Assembly: GCA_001179505.1 (NCBI GenBank)
Contig: CDMY01000738.1
Span: forward strand, 220,790-284,789
Length of the DNA stretch: 64,000 bases
Direction of reading: 5' to 3'
Source: Vitrella brassicaformis CCMP3155
Taxonomy: Eukaryota > Protista > Chromerida
A program made the position numbers and the translations under genes. Positions 1 to 13,155 of the stretch are shown piece by piece (the first letter of the stretch is position 1; the number at the start of each line of letters is the position of its first letter). A model generated the notes under the pieces. That model ran no database searches. It worked only from the letters and a program-made list of their open reading frames with translations, and had not been told where the DNA came from.

Positions 1-989
1 ACTGTGCACTGCACGTGTGTGCGCAAATACATGCAAAGCCGACCTGCCGATCGTGACGCCGGGCATGACGCACACGCGGCCGCCGACCCACACATTGTCC
101 TCAATGGTGATGGGCTGACCATACCTGAACAGGGACATCAAACAAACAGCAAAGAACTCTGTGCAGGATGGGGTTGGCGGGCTGGGCTGCTCACTCACTC
201 ACTCGAGCTTGTCTTTGCGTTGCTGTGGGTCAAGAGGGTGGCCTGCATTCGTGGAATGCAGACAGACACACCATGGCAACACACCAGTAAGTCATCCATT
301 TCTGTCGCCCCTCTGCGTATCGATGGATGGATGGATGGATGCACCCACCTCACCCCACCCCACCCCACCCCACCTCACCTGCTGTGTAGATGTGCACGCC
401 CGGACCGAACTTGACAAACGAGCCGATCTTCACGGGCGCCACGTCAAGAATGACCGTGTCGTAGTTCATATACACATCTGACATAAAAACATACATGGAC
501 AGCACAGTGGCAGGCAGCGAGGGAGGAATCATTCTCTCAGCCTACATACCCCTGCCAAGCTCCGTGTTGAAGCCATAGTCCACCCGGAGCGGCGGCTCGA
601 TGAAGCTCCCCTCACCGACAGCCCCGAACAGCATCCGCAGGAGGGGCATGTTGGCCGCGGCGCTCACGTCAGCCGCTCGGCGGTTGTTGTAGGCCTCACA
701 GATGATCTGCAAAGCAAGCAGCGTGGTTGATAGATCCGCATGGGGCGATTGTGTGCCTGCCTGCCGTCACTCACCTTGGCTTCTCTGAGGCCTGAATTGA
801 GCAGCTCGTCCACTCTGTACAGCTCCCCCGACACCTGAAATGACCACACCACAGTAGAACGAAGCAAAGCCAGCAGCTGCAGGCAGAGATGCCATCGGTG
901 AGATCTTCTTCGTCTACCATCTTTCGAAACTCTTCGTTTTCGAAGCGTCGCCTCCGCGAAGCACCATCCTTCTCACGTATGAGATCCAT
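1..989 (-). CDS. maa: Maltose/galactoside O-acetyltransferase (left-handed beta-helix family), multi-exon, 3' end outside window
   Basis: Spliced minus-strand exons read MDLIREK...EEFRKM|VSGELYRVDELLNSGLREAK|IICEAYNN...LFGAVGEGSFIEPPLRVDYGFNTELG|DVYMNYDTVILDVAPVKIGSFVKFGPGVHIYTA|HPLDPQQRKDKLE|WVGGRVCVMPGVTIGR. These match the Mac N-terminal domain and hexapeptide motifs (IEPPFxxDYG, ILDxxPVxIG, GPxVxIYTxxHP, WIGGxxxxxPGVTIG). Start ATG at 989. Confidence 0.9.
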
Positions 990-1108
990 CTTGTGGGTTG
1001 CAGGGTTGAGGTTACAGGGTTTGCAACCCTGCCGATGCAGCGCACACCACACACAATAACCAAACCAAACACCAGGTTTTTTTGGCTTTCGCTCGAAGCT
1101 TAGACACG

Positions 1109-1832
1109 ATGAGTGAGGCGGAAGCAGAGCGGGAGGGAGAAGCGGAAGGAGGAGCTCATCGCAGCGGTCCCTCCAGTGGTGCTCGCTCCTATAGGGCTCA
1201 TCCGTACCAAGGACCATACAACAGAGGCTCGGCTGACTCGGCGGGGCCAGCAGAGCAACCGGCGGAGGGCCAGGGCGATGCGGCAGCAAACAACACCACC
1301 AGCACCCACCTCAACATCAGGATCAACATGCAGCTTCTCGTAGGGGTCGACACCTGGGTGAGCGGAACGGAAAGATACGTGACTGCAATTCGGGTGACCG
1401 GAATGATACGTGTGTGTGTGTGTGCACAGGTATCAGGGACGCCCACACTGCATTTCAACATACGGTGAGCAGACACCGGCACACGCGGAGGGCAGGGCAG
1501 GGCAGGCCAGGCCAGGCCCCCCTATGGTGCGACCGGTCAATGCACTGCAGGCGGACCACTGCGCTGTGTCGCATGTTCGGCATCTACCTGGGCCGGCTGA
1601 GCGTGCCTCCCGAGCTGGAGCCCGGCCTGCACTACATGTGCGAATTCAACTACTTCGCCACCGACGGGCGGACACACACATTCACTAGCGAGACTAGCGT
1701 GACTGGCGGGGAGGTGGGCATGGCTGACGGTGACACGATCTACGCCAGACCGACGCCCGGCTCGGCACTGGTAAGCCACACGAGATGGATGGATGGATGG
1801 ATGGAAGCGGGTGTCCGTGTGTGTGGACATTC

Positions 1833-1869
<37 letters not shown>

Positions 1870-2525
1870 TGTGTGTGGTATAGGATATGTGGCTGCGTGA
1901 GAGAGAGAGGGACGAAGGTGACGTGCCGCAAGGGGGCATGCCGCAACCGGCAGACGGTCAGCATCACCTCACCACCACACACAGCAGAATGAAGGACTCA
2001 TCAAAATGACCGGTCCCCCTTTCTTGCCCGCATTGGTTGGTTGCAGAGTCTGCCTCTCTGTCAGTGTTGATCAAGACCAGCAGGCTCTTCGCCTACGGCT
2101 GCGAGGCCACCACTGACGCCGACGGCAAGCTAGAGACCACCGCGGGATCGTCATCCTCTCCGGTGGAGAGGACCGCGGCTGCAGCAGCGAGCGCGTCGTC
2201 CCTGGCCGAGCGGACGGACCAGGACACGTGCTCGATATGCCTCGACACATTCGCCACAGGACAGGTGTGTGCCTCGTTTGATTGGGTCAGACAGACAGAC
2301 AGACAGACACAACGACAGATGCTCTCATGAAGTCTCATCTCATTCATTGAGTCTCTGCAGGTGGTACGGCGGATTTTGAAGTGTGGTCACCAGTGGCATG
2401 CCGAGTGCGTCGACCCGCACTTTGCCCTCAAGGCGCACTGCCCGGTGTGCCGGCTAGACCTGAGGGAGGCCGCTGTCGAACAGCAGAATCAGGCGGGGGG
2501 CAAAGGGGGCGATGCGCAGCATTGA
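1109..2525 (+). CDS. RING-H2 E3 ligase with an N-terminal SUMO/ubiquitin-like domain, multi-exon
   Basis: ATG at 1109. Spliced C-terminus CSICLDTFATGQ|VVRRILKCGHQWHAECVDPHFALKAHCPVCRLDL gives a C3H2C3 RING-H2, with TGA at 2523-2525. The exon near 1520-1770 (RRTTALCRMFGIYLGRLSVPPE...FNYFATDG...GEVGMADGDTIYARP) resembles a SUMO-like fold. Confidence 0.85.
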
Positions 2526-2586
2526 CTGACCGACAGGCAGGGGCAGAAACCTTCCGCATGAGCATGATCCAATAAGCGGAAGTTTC

Positions 2587-5500
2587 TCAGTGAATGCGTG
2601 TAAGAAGCTCATGAGCAAGGCCTTCCTTCGCCATCCACACACGAGCCAGTGGATGGAGATGGGGGACAGACACAGCACATAAGCTGGCCAATTGGTCAGA
2701 AAAGACTGTATGAGGGCCGGCGAATTCAGGTCTTTGCTCATTGTCACTGTTGCCAGTGTTGAATGCATTGGCGGGCAGCAAAAGAGTCATCAGGCAGGCA
2801 GATAGACACAGGCGATGCACGAACGCCGTCAAAACGATCAGAGCCTTCCTTTGCACTGTTGTTCGGCCATGGACGGTGCCGTCCAGACACCAGGCAGGCA
2901 GGCAGTCAGGCAGGCAAGAGCCACACAGGCAGGCAGACACACAGGCACCCCTGCAAAAGGCCGACAAACGGCAGGAAGGGAAAAGCGGTCATCACTCAGT
3001 TCACTGATCTGCTCATTAGCTGAACTGCCAAACATCTCCCTATATATGCATCCCTCCCTCCCTATATTCCACTCACAAGTAGCCATGCCTGCCTGCCTGC
3101 CTGCCTCCTTCATTTGGGGAGCAGCATCTCGCGCAGGAAGGTCCTCTGTGCATTCTTGTCGTTGGCCTTGGGCATCCGGACGCCCCGGCGCCCCGCTTCC
3201 ACCCTGTACTCGCTGCAGAGCGCCGCCACCGACTCGGCCGGGAGGCTGTTGACGAAGGCCAGGCGGTCGTCGGTCTTGAGAGTGAAGGTGGCGACCTTGA
3301 CGTTGCTCTTGATGCTCATCTCGCACTCCTCGTCATGGCCGTCTGTGTTGGTCGTCAGGGACAGCTGCACGGCGTAGTAGCTGACCTTGCTGAGGGTGGC
3401 CAGCTTAATGGGCGGCGGGATCACCGTTTTGTACTCGTTGCTGGGTGCCGTGTCGTCAGCAGCAGAGCTGACGGAGCACTCGGCCGGCTGCAGGGTCACC
3501 CGCTTAAGCAGCTTGTCGCCACGGACCAGCTGAGGGTGCTGCGATTCGTCGGATGCGTCAGTGTCGTCATCATAGGGGCCGTAGATGGACACCTCAAACT
3601 CCTCCCCCTTCTTCGGCTTGGGCCCGCAGAACCACAAGCACTCAATGCAGTTGCGCGACAGGAACGCCTTGGCCGACAGCAGATCCACTCGCGGCGCCCT
3701 CGACCCGAACTCGGGCTTGGCTGCTGCTGCTGCTGCTGCCTTTGCCTTGGCTCCCACTGTCATCTTGACCCTCTTTTTGTCGCGAGACTCCGCCTCATCC
3801 AGGTTGACGGGGCTGCCCGCCGCAATGCCGCCGCCACCAGCGGCCCCCCCTTTGGCACCACCGAACAAGAAGGGCGATGGAGGGCGGCCGCGGAAGTAAT
3901 CGAAGGTCGACGGGCGGGAGGGCCGGGGGAAGCCGGTGAAGCCGGCAGGCTGTGCGAATCCGCTGAAGACGAAGGGAGATGGAGAGGGGGAGCCGCCCAC
4001 GGGGACACCAGCAGCAGCTGCTGCTGCAGCGGCAGCGTGAGCCGTCTGCTTGGGCCTGACGTGGGGCTGTCGAGAGGCCGTGCTTGGTGCAGCAGCTGCT
4101 GCTGGGCCCTTGGCGAACGGCGGACGGAGCTGCCCTGGGATGTGGGGGGTGCGGTGGCCGAAGTGGGGTGATGGTGTTGCGGAGGGGTGGGCGACCAGGC
4201 CTGAATGGGCTGGTGGGGGAGGGCGTGGCGAGCCGACGGCCTTGCAGGGGTGGTACTGAATGATGCATGCGACATACATACACACACACACACACCACAC
4301 GCACAGATGCGGATCAGTGGATCAACGCATGCAGGTGGCTGGCTGCAGCGATGCGGTGCTTACTCTTGTCTTCTCGTGGAAGGCCTGTCTGCATGCCGCG
4401 TACGACTCGTTGACCTGAACACACAGACACACGCACAGACAGACAGACAGACAGACACGAAATAGAGAGTTTTTTCTATCAACAGCTCTTTGTCTACCCA
4501 CCCTCCGGCCGACCTACCCGAGTGATTGCCTGTGTTGCTTCCTGCTTCTCACTCGCTGGCGCCTCCTCGAAGTTGATCTTGTCGGGATGGACCATCAGCT
4601 GCAGCTTCCTGTGGTTCGCCTTCACCTGACACACACAATCACACACACAACAGACAAATATGCAGTCATGGGGGACCCCGTTGTGTGCCCCCGTCTCCCC
4701 AGTTAGTCTCACCATTTCGTCCGTCGCGAACCGTGCGTCAAGGCCGAGCACCCAAAAGTGGTATTGCTCGCCACGGGGCAGCCGGTTGACCCACCGGACG
4801 ACCGCCATCTGATCACGATGCTTCCGCGCGCGCTCGTGACGCTCCTTCTCAGCTTGGTGCTGGCACACACACCCAGAGAGAGATCCATGTGTGTTGTGTG
4901 TTGGATTGTACGGCATTGCGTGTGTGGTGTGGGGCCCCACCTACCTTTCGTCGCTTCTCTGCCTCAGGGTCTTCGCCGAGTGCCTTCTGCCTGCTCATGT
5001 CGTATTCGTCCTTGGCGGATGTGAGCAGCATGAACGCCTCACGCACAGGGGGAACCCGCAGGTGCTCCTCAAAAAGGCCCTTCAACGTCGTGTGACAAAA
5101 CACCACCTGAACCACATCCATCCATCCATCCATTTGTGCGGGCGGCCCTGCCCACCCACCTGTTCCTCTGGTGTGTCTTCGGCCAGCCCCAGGAGGCTCT
5201 GCACCGATACCGCATCGCTGCTGAGCGAGTGAATGCGCATAAGGTTCTCAAACACGGTGTCGTTGAGGGCCAGGAGGGTCTCCACCGATGCGTCGAGGAG
5301 CCCAGTGGCGCGGTCGCGCTCCTCATCGTCGGTGTGGTCCTGGATGGCCGACCGCACGAGCGATGCCTGGGCCGTGACAAAGCTGCGCAGCTCCTTGACA
5401 GTGCGGTCCACGGGGAAAGCCACGCGACTCCCTGACCAAACGAACAAGCGAACGAACGAACAACACGTCATTCCATCACTTAACGCATTGCATTCCGTGT

Positions 5501-7861
5501 GTGGGATGTGTGTGTGGCTGCACACTCACCTAGGCCAAGGTATGCGATAGCGTTCTCATCCCTCTCCCTCAGGATGGCACCAACGGTCTCGCCCGCATCG
5601 ATGGCGGGCTTCCCAGCTGCACCGGCTCCCAAAGCCGCAGCAGCCGCAGCAGAAGCAGCAGCGGCGGCGGCGGCGGCGGCGGCACATGCCTCCTCTCCCT
5701 GGGCGGCCTCCTCAGGCACTGGGCTTGCCACTGGACCTTCATCTGGAGGGTGGACGTGGAGGCCGCTGGGTGACATGCCCATCCCCTCCTGCTGCTGCCT
5801 GGGCTCCTCGTCCGAGCCGTGCTCGGGGGGCGCCTCTGGTGTCTGCTCGTCTTCCTGACGAGGCTCCGTCACAGCTTTCGTGTGGTCCTTCTCGGCCTCT
5901 GCCGCCTGCTGGGGGGCCTCATATAGCGGCTCTGGCGATGCCTGCTCGCCAGAGTGGTCTCCCTCTTGTGGCTCCTGCTGCCGCACTGTCGGCTGCGTCT
6001 CCTGAGGCTCCTCGGCCGGGAGGTGCTTCGCTCTGTCGGGCGAAGGAGCGCCTCTCTGGTCAGCTGGAGGGATGGGTGGCGGCGGGCCAGGGGAAGTCGC
6101 CGCAGCAGCTGGGTCAGACGCCGCTGGCTGCGGGATGTGTGGCGGTCGGGGAGGAGGTGGGGGTGGGGGCGAGGGCATGTCGCCCCCGTAGCCGTCGTAC
6201 CTCTGCTGGTGAGCCATCTCATCCAGATGCCGCTGGAGGCTGGGGTCGGCCGACCGGAGCCCTCCCATCCCTCCCGGGCTTCCGTCCCCACGTGCCACCT
6301 TCCTGGCCTTCCCGGCAGGCGAACGCCGGCCTCTGCCTCGCCCACCCACCTCCTCGCCCGATGAAGGTGACGCTCCCTCTTCGCCCCCGGACGAAGCATC
6401 GCCTTTCTTGCGCTTGCGGATGGGGGATGGGGTGGCCTTGGCGGCACTGCGAGGGACGCGGTCAGATGGGGTGCGGCCGCGTCGGCGTCTCGCGTGGCCC
6501 CGCTGGCGCTTGGCCTCGGCTCGTGTGAGGGGTTTGGAGGGCCCCGGGCCCTCCTCCTCCGTGATCTCGCCGTCCTCGCACTCGTCCAAGTCGTCATCGA
6601 GGTTGATCTGGTCGATCTGTTGAGGACCCTGCTTGCGGGGGAGCCGCTGCCGCTGCTTGGCACGGCCACGGCCAGGGCGGGAAGGGCCTGACGGCTGGCT
6701 CGGGGACGGCACCCCACCATCTGCACACACACAGGGAAACAAACGCATGGATCAACAGTCAGTCCGCCCACACACCGACCGTGTTGTACTCGTTCGTCTT
6801 CGGCACTCACCTCTTCTGGGTCTCGGTCTGCTGCCGCAGGAGGGTCTTCTGCCCCAATCCTCCTCTCCCTGCTCGTTTTCCTCTCCTTGCTCGTCCTCCT
6901 CCTCGTTCTCATCCTCATCGTCATCACACACAATCGGCTCCCCCGCGCGGCTGCCCTTCCCCTGCAGCATGCTGCTGGTGCTCCCGCCGTCGCCCTCATG
7001 CACTCGCTGCCTCTTGACGTTGACGTTGGCTGCGGCCGCCGCCGCCCGGCCGGGCCGCCGGGCCTCATCGCTGCTGCTGTCGACCACCTGAGCCGCGACG
7101 GAGTCTCGGGCCCGTTTGGAGGAGAGAGGGGGGAGGGGAGGGGGAGGGTACTGGTCGAGCTGCTTGACGAAGCTGCTGAGGACCTTCTGGTGATCGAATT
7201 TGACGGGAGCGTCAGGTCGGTGGTGGAGGGTGAGGAGGAAGTTGGCCTTGTCCCACCAGCAGCACTCCGCCTGGCTGAGCGTGAACAGACGACGGACGAG
7301 CTCGTCGCGCATGGTGGCTGCACGGGCCTCCGAGAGCAACGACCTGACATGACAGAGGGGGGGAATAGACACACACAAGGAACAGTCAGGGCAGGGTCGA
7401 TGGATGCGATGCATGCAGCCAATCACACGTACTCAGAGATCTTGGTCTGAACTTCTGCAAACGCGGCCTCTGGACGAATCTGCAAACACGCACAGCACAC
7501 ACAAGGATGTATCAGTGAGATGGATGCACCCATCCATGCGGTATGATATGTGATGCATGGCCACTCTATCTACCTCTCTCTCCCGCAGCTGCATGTGTAT
7601 CTCGACCACATCTTTCCTTCTCTGCGCGTCATCCTCTGCAGCACCCTCCTCCTCCTCCTCCTCCTCCTCCTGTCCCCGGCCTCTCTCCTTGGACTCAATC
7701 AACGGCACCAGCCGCCCAAACAGGTTGCGCATGCCCCGCTGAGTCAACAGCCATCTCTCCAGATCCGCCAGCCTTGTCCTACTCGCCAGGAAGTCGTTCT
7801 TGGACATCGGGGCGGCATTCGCTGCAGCGCTCGCGGGCTCGGCGCTGTCTTCGGCCTCCAT
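2587..7861 (-). CDS. Large low-complexity protein with an internal DnaJ (J) domain, multi-exon
   Basis: J-domain exons at about 4350-4800: HFWVLGLDARFATDEMV|KANHRKLQLMVHPDKINFEE...ATQAITR|VNESYAACRQ, with the HPD motif intact. These are flanked by long Pro/Ala/Glu-rich exons (5480-6720, 6781-7350, 3110-4260). Probable ATG at 7861 and stop at 2587. Some junctions were not checked base by base. Confidence 0.7.
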
Positions 7862-8209
7862 GAAGGCCTCACTCGAGGAAGCCAGGTTGTCCGGTGCTCC
7901 CGAGACGCTGAAGGCCCCGTTGCTTATAGCGACTTCGAGCAAAGCAGAATCCCTCTACCTCACTGCGGCCTGCGTGCCACGAGCGGTGCGTGAAGCTTTT
8001 CCCTTTTCCCTTTTCAACTGCGAGCTCCCCATCGTTTGCGAGCTTAGCTCTGATGAAGATCTGGGAGCAGCACCAGCACGGCTAGGCCAGCAGCCTCTGG
8101 ATTCAGCCGTTCATCTTTGTATCTCGAACAAGGAAGCTCATTCTTCTTCGACTCAGCTTTGAGCTTTGGTGATGATGAGTGGCTCAATTGGAGGGATCTC
8201 ATCGCAAGC

Positions 8210-11200
8210 ATGAAGATTATGCATTCCTCTCCCGCCATAGCCCTAGTCCTCGCCCTCTCTCTCACCTCTGTTCGCGCCTTCGCGCCGCAACCCACGCAAA
8301 TACCTCGGCTGCTGTCGCGCAACCATGCCTCACGGGTCCGCCAGGCCAGCCAGGGGCCTCTTAGGGCGCCAGCTGGTGTGCGGCTGATGGCGCTGGATGA
8401 GGCGACGGGCGGTGGTGGGTCGATTGACCCACAGACCATTGCCCTGATTGCGTCCCCCCTCGTGGCTGCGGCGTTTGCCTTCGCTTTTGCCTTCACCAAT
8501 GAGAAGCAGAAACTCGCGGATGCAGGTGGGCTGTTCTGGGCAGGGTGGGCAGCGAAATGGAGGGCACCTGTCTGTGTGAGTTGAGTAGGTGTGGAGGTAA
8601 AGGATTTCGTCCCGTCGGTGTCGTTGACGGAGAACGGCAAGATCCAAAGCAAGCTGAGGAGCGTGCGGCTGCCAAGCGGCTTCGAGGCGCTGCTGATCTC
8701 CGACCCCAACGTGCCCAACCCCACTGCATGCCTGGCCCTCAAGGCCGGACAGTGGGAGGAACCGGCCTACGCGAGCGGACTCGCGCACCTCTGCGAACAC
8801 ATGCTCTGGGGAGGAGATATCATGGTCAGGGAGGGGGGGGCGGGCAGCACACAGACTCACATATGCCCATACGAAGCGGTGTGTGTCTGCGTGTCTGTCT
8901 GGTTGCTTCTGTGCGATCTTCCGTCAGTCAAAGGCGGCGTGGACGGAGGCGCTGACGCGGCCGCGGACGACGTCGTATGGGATGGTGATGAGCGACGTGC
9001 GGCCGGGCCCCGGCAACAAGGACAAGATCACACAGCCGCTGCAGACACTGGCGCAGCAGTTCTACGACACGTTCTTTGTTGACGAAGTCGTTATCAAAGA
9101 GGTGAGTGGTGCCACTGCTTCCGTGTGTGTGGGCGGCGGAATGGATGGATGGATGGATGGCGCTGGTGTGTGTGTGTGTGTGTGCAGATGAAGGTGCTCG
9201 ACAGCGAGTTCAAGTTCTTCAAGTCCAACGACGCCAACAGGATTGGCAATCTCTTCAGGGACAAAACCGCCAACCCCAAGCACCCTTTCGCCAGGTACAC
9301 TCACTCACACATACATCTGGCGACGAAAGGCAGGCCACATCTGTGTCTGTCTGCCTTCTGGTTGACCAGGTTTGGTATCGGCAACGCGCGGACTCTCTCA
9401 TCGTCCGGCAAGAACCCCACAGACGAGCTGCAGGGCTTCTACGACGAGTGGTACAGCGCCAACCTGATGCGCCTTGTCGTCGCCAGCAGGGAAGACCTCA
9501 GCACCATGCAGGACTGGGTCATCCGCTACTTCAGCGAGATCCCCAACCGCAACGCGCCAGAATCGCTGTCATATGACGACATGTCGCCATTTGACCCCAC
9601 TAAGACAGGTGCGCCACACACACGACGAGAGTTCTGATGTATTGTGCTCTTCCACTCACCCAGGCAATCTGTTCCGTGTGGTGCCCGTGGCCAAGAACAA
9701 GCGCACCATCCAGTTCTACATCCCCTTCGAGGCCCCGCGCGGCAGCGAATACGCCGAGTCCAAGCCATGGCGGTTCCTGGAGGCCATCATGAACGTCGAT
9801 GACCCTTCCGTGAGCAAGTACATCGAGGAGCGCCGCAGCGAGGGGATCCTCCTGCGGTCGCCCTTTGGCTTCTTCGGCATCACGCTCACCCTCACGCCTC
9901 AGGCGGAGAGGGACCCCAAGGCCGTCGAAGAAGTGCTTGGGTGAGTGTTGTGTTTGTGCGTGCAGATGCAGGGTGTGCGTGTCCGTGGGTCATGCGTGTG
10001 TGTGTTGATTTGTGTGTGCAGGTCGATCTATCGTCGGCTGTCTAATTTCCGGCCGGGGCAGAAGAGCCCTGATACGGGTGGGTCGGTGGGTCGGTGGTGT
10101 GGGCGAACACAAAAGCACTTGTATGTGTCCTGTCCGCCCCTGCAATCTATCTCTGTTTTGTGTGGTGGTTGGCCTATCATCTGCAGATTTTGAGAGGGAG
10201 ATTGACCAGCTGTTCGGTCAGTTCCGCACGCCGCAGCCCATCTTTGACGACTTTGATATGGCGCCACTCGACAGGCCCTACACACTCGTCCGACGGGTAG
10301 GGAGGGACACCAACACAGGCCAGTGCACCGCACCCAACACAGACAGGCTTCCCTTCCACGATCCTCTTCCCTGTGTCCGGGTTATCCCACGAGCAGATTG
10401 CGCAGGACTTCCTGGATGTGTCAGCCGAGGAGGCCATCACCGACTCCCAGACAGTCAGGTGGGACCGCGCCATCCTCTCCAGGTTCGTCGAGCGGTACAT
10501 GACGCCGCAAAACAGCCAAATATTCGTCGCCATGCCCACATACGAAGCACAGGTCGGACACATAAGAGGGAGCAACACATCCACACTCATACGGCTGCTG
10601 GTTTCCCCAATTCAGGCGCTGTCGAAGACCGCGAAAAGGGATGGCTGGCAGGAGGACGACATATTCGGCTCCTTCTACAAGCAGGAGCCCCTTCCGAAGT
10701 CAATCATCCAGGCTTTCAATCAGGGCGTCACGGAGACGTCCATGCCAGCGCCTGCGGCCACGCCAGACACCACACAAGAGCCTGCAAAAGCCCCCGCTAC
10801 CCCTGCCGCCAAGGCGCCGTCAGCAACACCTGCAGCTGCGAAGGAGGAGGTAATGGTCTGACTACAGCACACGAGCAGAGCGACACATTGCAGCTGTGCA
10901 TTGCCCGTGTGGGGCATGTCATGTGTGTCAGGCCGTCAAGGGCCCGGGTGTGTACAAGGTGGTAGACCAGGCGGGCATCAGGGGCTACCTCGGCTGGGGT
11001 GTCAGCGAGGAGGGCGAAGAAAGCGACCGTGTGGAGGGCCGCGTCATGCTCCAGCTCAGCGAGCCCCTCCCCCTCTCCCCCACAGACACCGCCAGGCAGT
11101 CTCTGCCCTTCCCCGGCGATGCAGACCGGTCCGCCCCGCTCCCATCCATCGCATCACACCTCGTCTCGGCCGTGCTAGAAGACCTTCTCTCGCAAGATGA

Positions 11201-12856
11201 TTCGCTCGACCGGCTGTCGATACAGCCTAAGGGCACAGCAGGGGTGGCTGGGGAGGGGCTGGAGGTGTCTTTCTCGGGACCGGGGGGCGTGGCGGATGTC
11301 GCCAGCCTGCTGGAGGGCGTCAGGGAGGTGCTTGCTAAGGGTGATAGAGACAAGATGGAGAGGGCTTTCGAGCGGGCGAAGGGGCGGTTGTTGGATGAGG
11401 TGCGGGAGTTGTGTGCGCGGCGTCCGCAGTACCTGTCGGACATTCAGCGGCGGTCGGCTGTGAGGGAGGTGCTATCGCCTCAGGCAGCGATACCCGAAGA
11501 GATGCTGCCCATTCTGGTGAGGAAACATACATACCCGAGAAGACTCGTGGATCCGTTCTGTCTGTTTGTCCATGTGTGTCGTGTGTGTGTGTGTGTTTTC
11601 CAGGAGGGTGACAGGGTATCTTTCGGGTGGTTCACGTCGCTCCTCCCCCGCTGGACCAGCCTCTCGTCCGCAGCGATCCTCCTACACATCAACGATCCAC
11701 GGCCAACAGTCAGGACGCGCCTCATCGACTCGCTCTCGCGTGCAGCCAAGGTGCTGGAGCCATCAGTTGCGCCAGCTGCAGCTCCTGTCAGCGCGCCTCT
11801 AGACTACCTGAGGGCGCCGCTGGGCGAGGATGGACTTGCCTATGAGAGGGAGTGCCGGTCTGTTGGCGATGAGAACGCCATGGCTGAGGTGGTCTTCCAA
11901 ATCATACCTGAGGACCTTTGGAGCCAAAAAGAGGTGAGAATGGACAGACAGACAGACAGACAGACAGAGGGAGGGTGGGAGGGGATCATGGTGAGTGTTT
12001 GTGCAGTGGGTGGGGCAGAAGGGCGAGAGCCCCTGCAGCGTGCCGGTCAACGTGGAGGCTGTTCTTCGTGTGGTCCGCTACACCATGGTCGACTCACTGC
12101 GCAGAGTCATCAGGGAACAGATGCAATACGGGTAAACCAAGCCACCCACCCCACCGACCCATCGATCCCTCTCTTGTGTCAACATGCAGGTACGTCGTCT
12201 CATCATGGCTGGAGCCGCTGGGCGCCTCCTACCTTCTCCGGCTGACCGTCGTCTCGTCGACAGCCCCACCCTCTACCCTCACAGCGGCTATCGAGCAGTG
12301 GCTGTCGACATACGAGGCCAGCGACCTCACTGACGAGGCCATCCGGTCGGCAGTGGCCGAGTGCATGAGCAACAGGGACATGCTGGGCGACCGGGAGGGG
12401 CCGTCAAGGACGGCAGCCGACGCGCTGTGGAGGGACGTCGTCTACCAGCCCGATCGAGATGAGAGGTCCGCAACAGCACACAAACCAGCCCGTGTGTGGG
12501 TGTGTACGTGTCTCTCTGTCTGTGTGTGCAGGTGGTGTGACGTCGGCTCAGAGGTGGTGTCATCGCGGCGGGCCAGCCTAGAGTCGCTGTTGAGCGATCC
12601 CGCCAGGAGGCGGGCGCTCGTCAGCCAACCGCGAGTGGCGGAGTTCGTTCAGACATTCCTCTCGCGAAAGGCACCGTTCAGGCGGAAAGTCACCCTGCAG
12701 GTCAGCAGAACGCAGCACGATGTGAGCAGTGTGGACCACCTGGTCTCCCTCCGTGTCGTCTGTGCAGGTGTCGAATCCGAATGTGCCGCCACAGCAGCAG
12801 CAGCAGCAGCAGCAGGAGGAGGAATTGCAGAAAGAGGAAGCGCCGCTGCCCGTTGA
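8210..12856 (+). CDS. M16A insulinase/pitrilysin-like zinc metallopeptidase with signal peptide, transit-like leader and a hydrophobic segment
   Basis: Inverted zinc motif GLAHLCEHML at about 8780, with the downstream KEMKVLDSEF supplying the third ligand Glu. It also has IDE-like HPFARFGIGN and FYDEWYSANLMRLVV. The N-terminus MKIMHSSPAIALVLALSLTSVRA-FAP is followed by an Arg-rich segment and IALIASPLVAAAFAFAFAF. Confidence 0.88.
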
Positions 12857-12979
12857 GACACCAAGATGACGGCCGAAACCAACACACCTTCCTGCAGGTG
12901 TTTGTGAGAGGGGAGGGAGAGGTTTGTGAATGCAGTGAGCCATTTACGTTGATCGGACAGACAGACAGACAGACAGACA

Positions 12980-13155
12980 GGCCTGAGAGAGTGCGTGGTT
13001 TTCATGCCATCCATCCATTTTTCGGGCGCTGTTCCTTCCTTCCGTCATTGATAAGAGCTGGGTGTGGTGGGCGTTCCCTCCTTCCTCGTCTTGTGTCTCG
13101 TTCATGAATTTTTCTCTGAAGGAATGCGTTCTGCATCCATCGATCCACTGACTTG
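12980..13155. repeat. Short dispersed repeat, with partial copies at 14823-14860 and about 18330-18420
   Basis: ggcctgagag(ag)tgcgt.gtt.tcatgcca...tttttcgggc occurs at 12980 and 14823. ttgataa(g)agctgggtg...ttcatgaattt..ctctgaa occurs at about 13047-13100 and 18332-18390. Confidence 0.65.

Noticed and set aside
995-1031. Nested short palindromes and GGGTT motifs in the first bidirectional spacer
   Set aside because: The 7-8 bp arms are too short to distinguish from chance, and this is not a true telomeric array.
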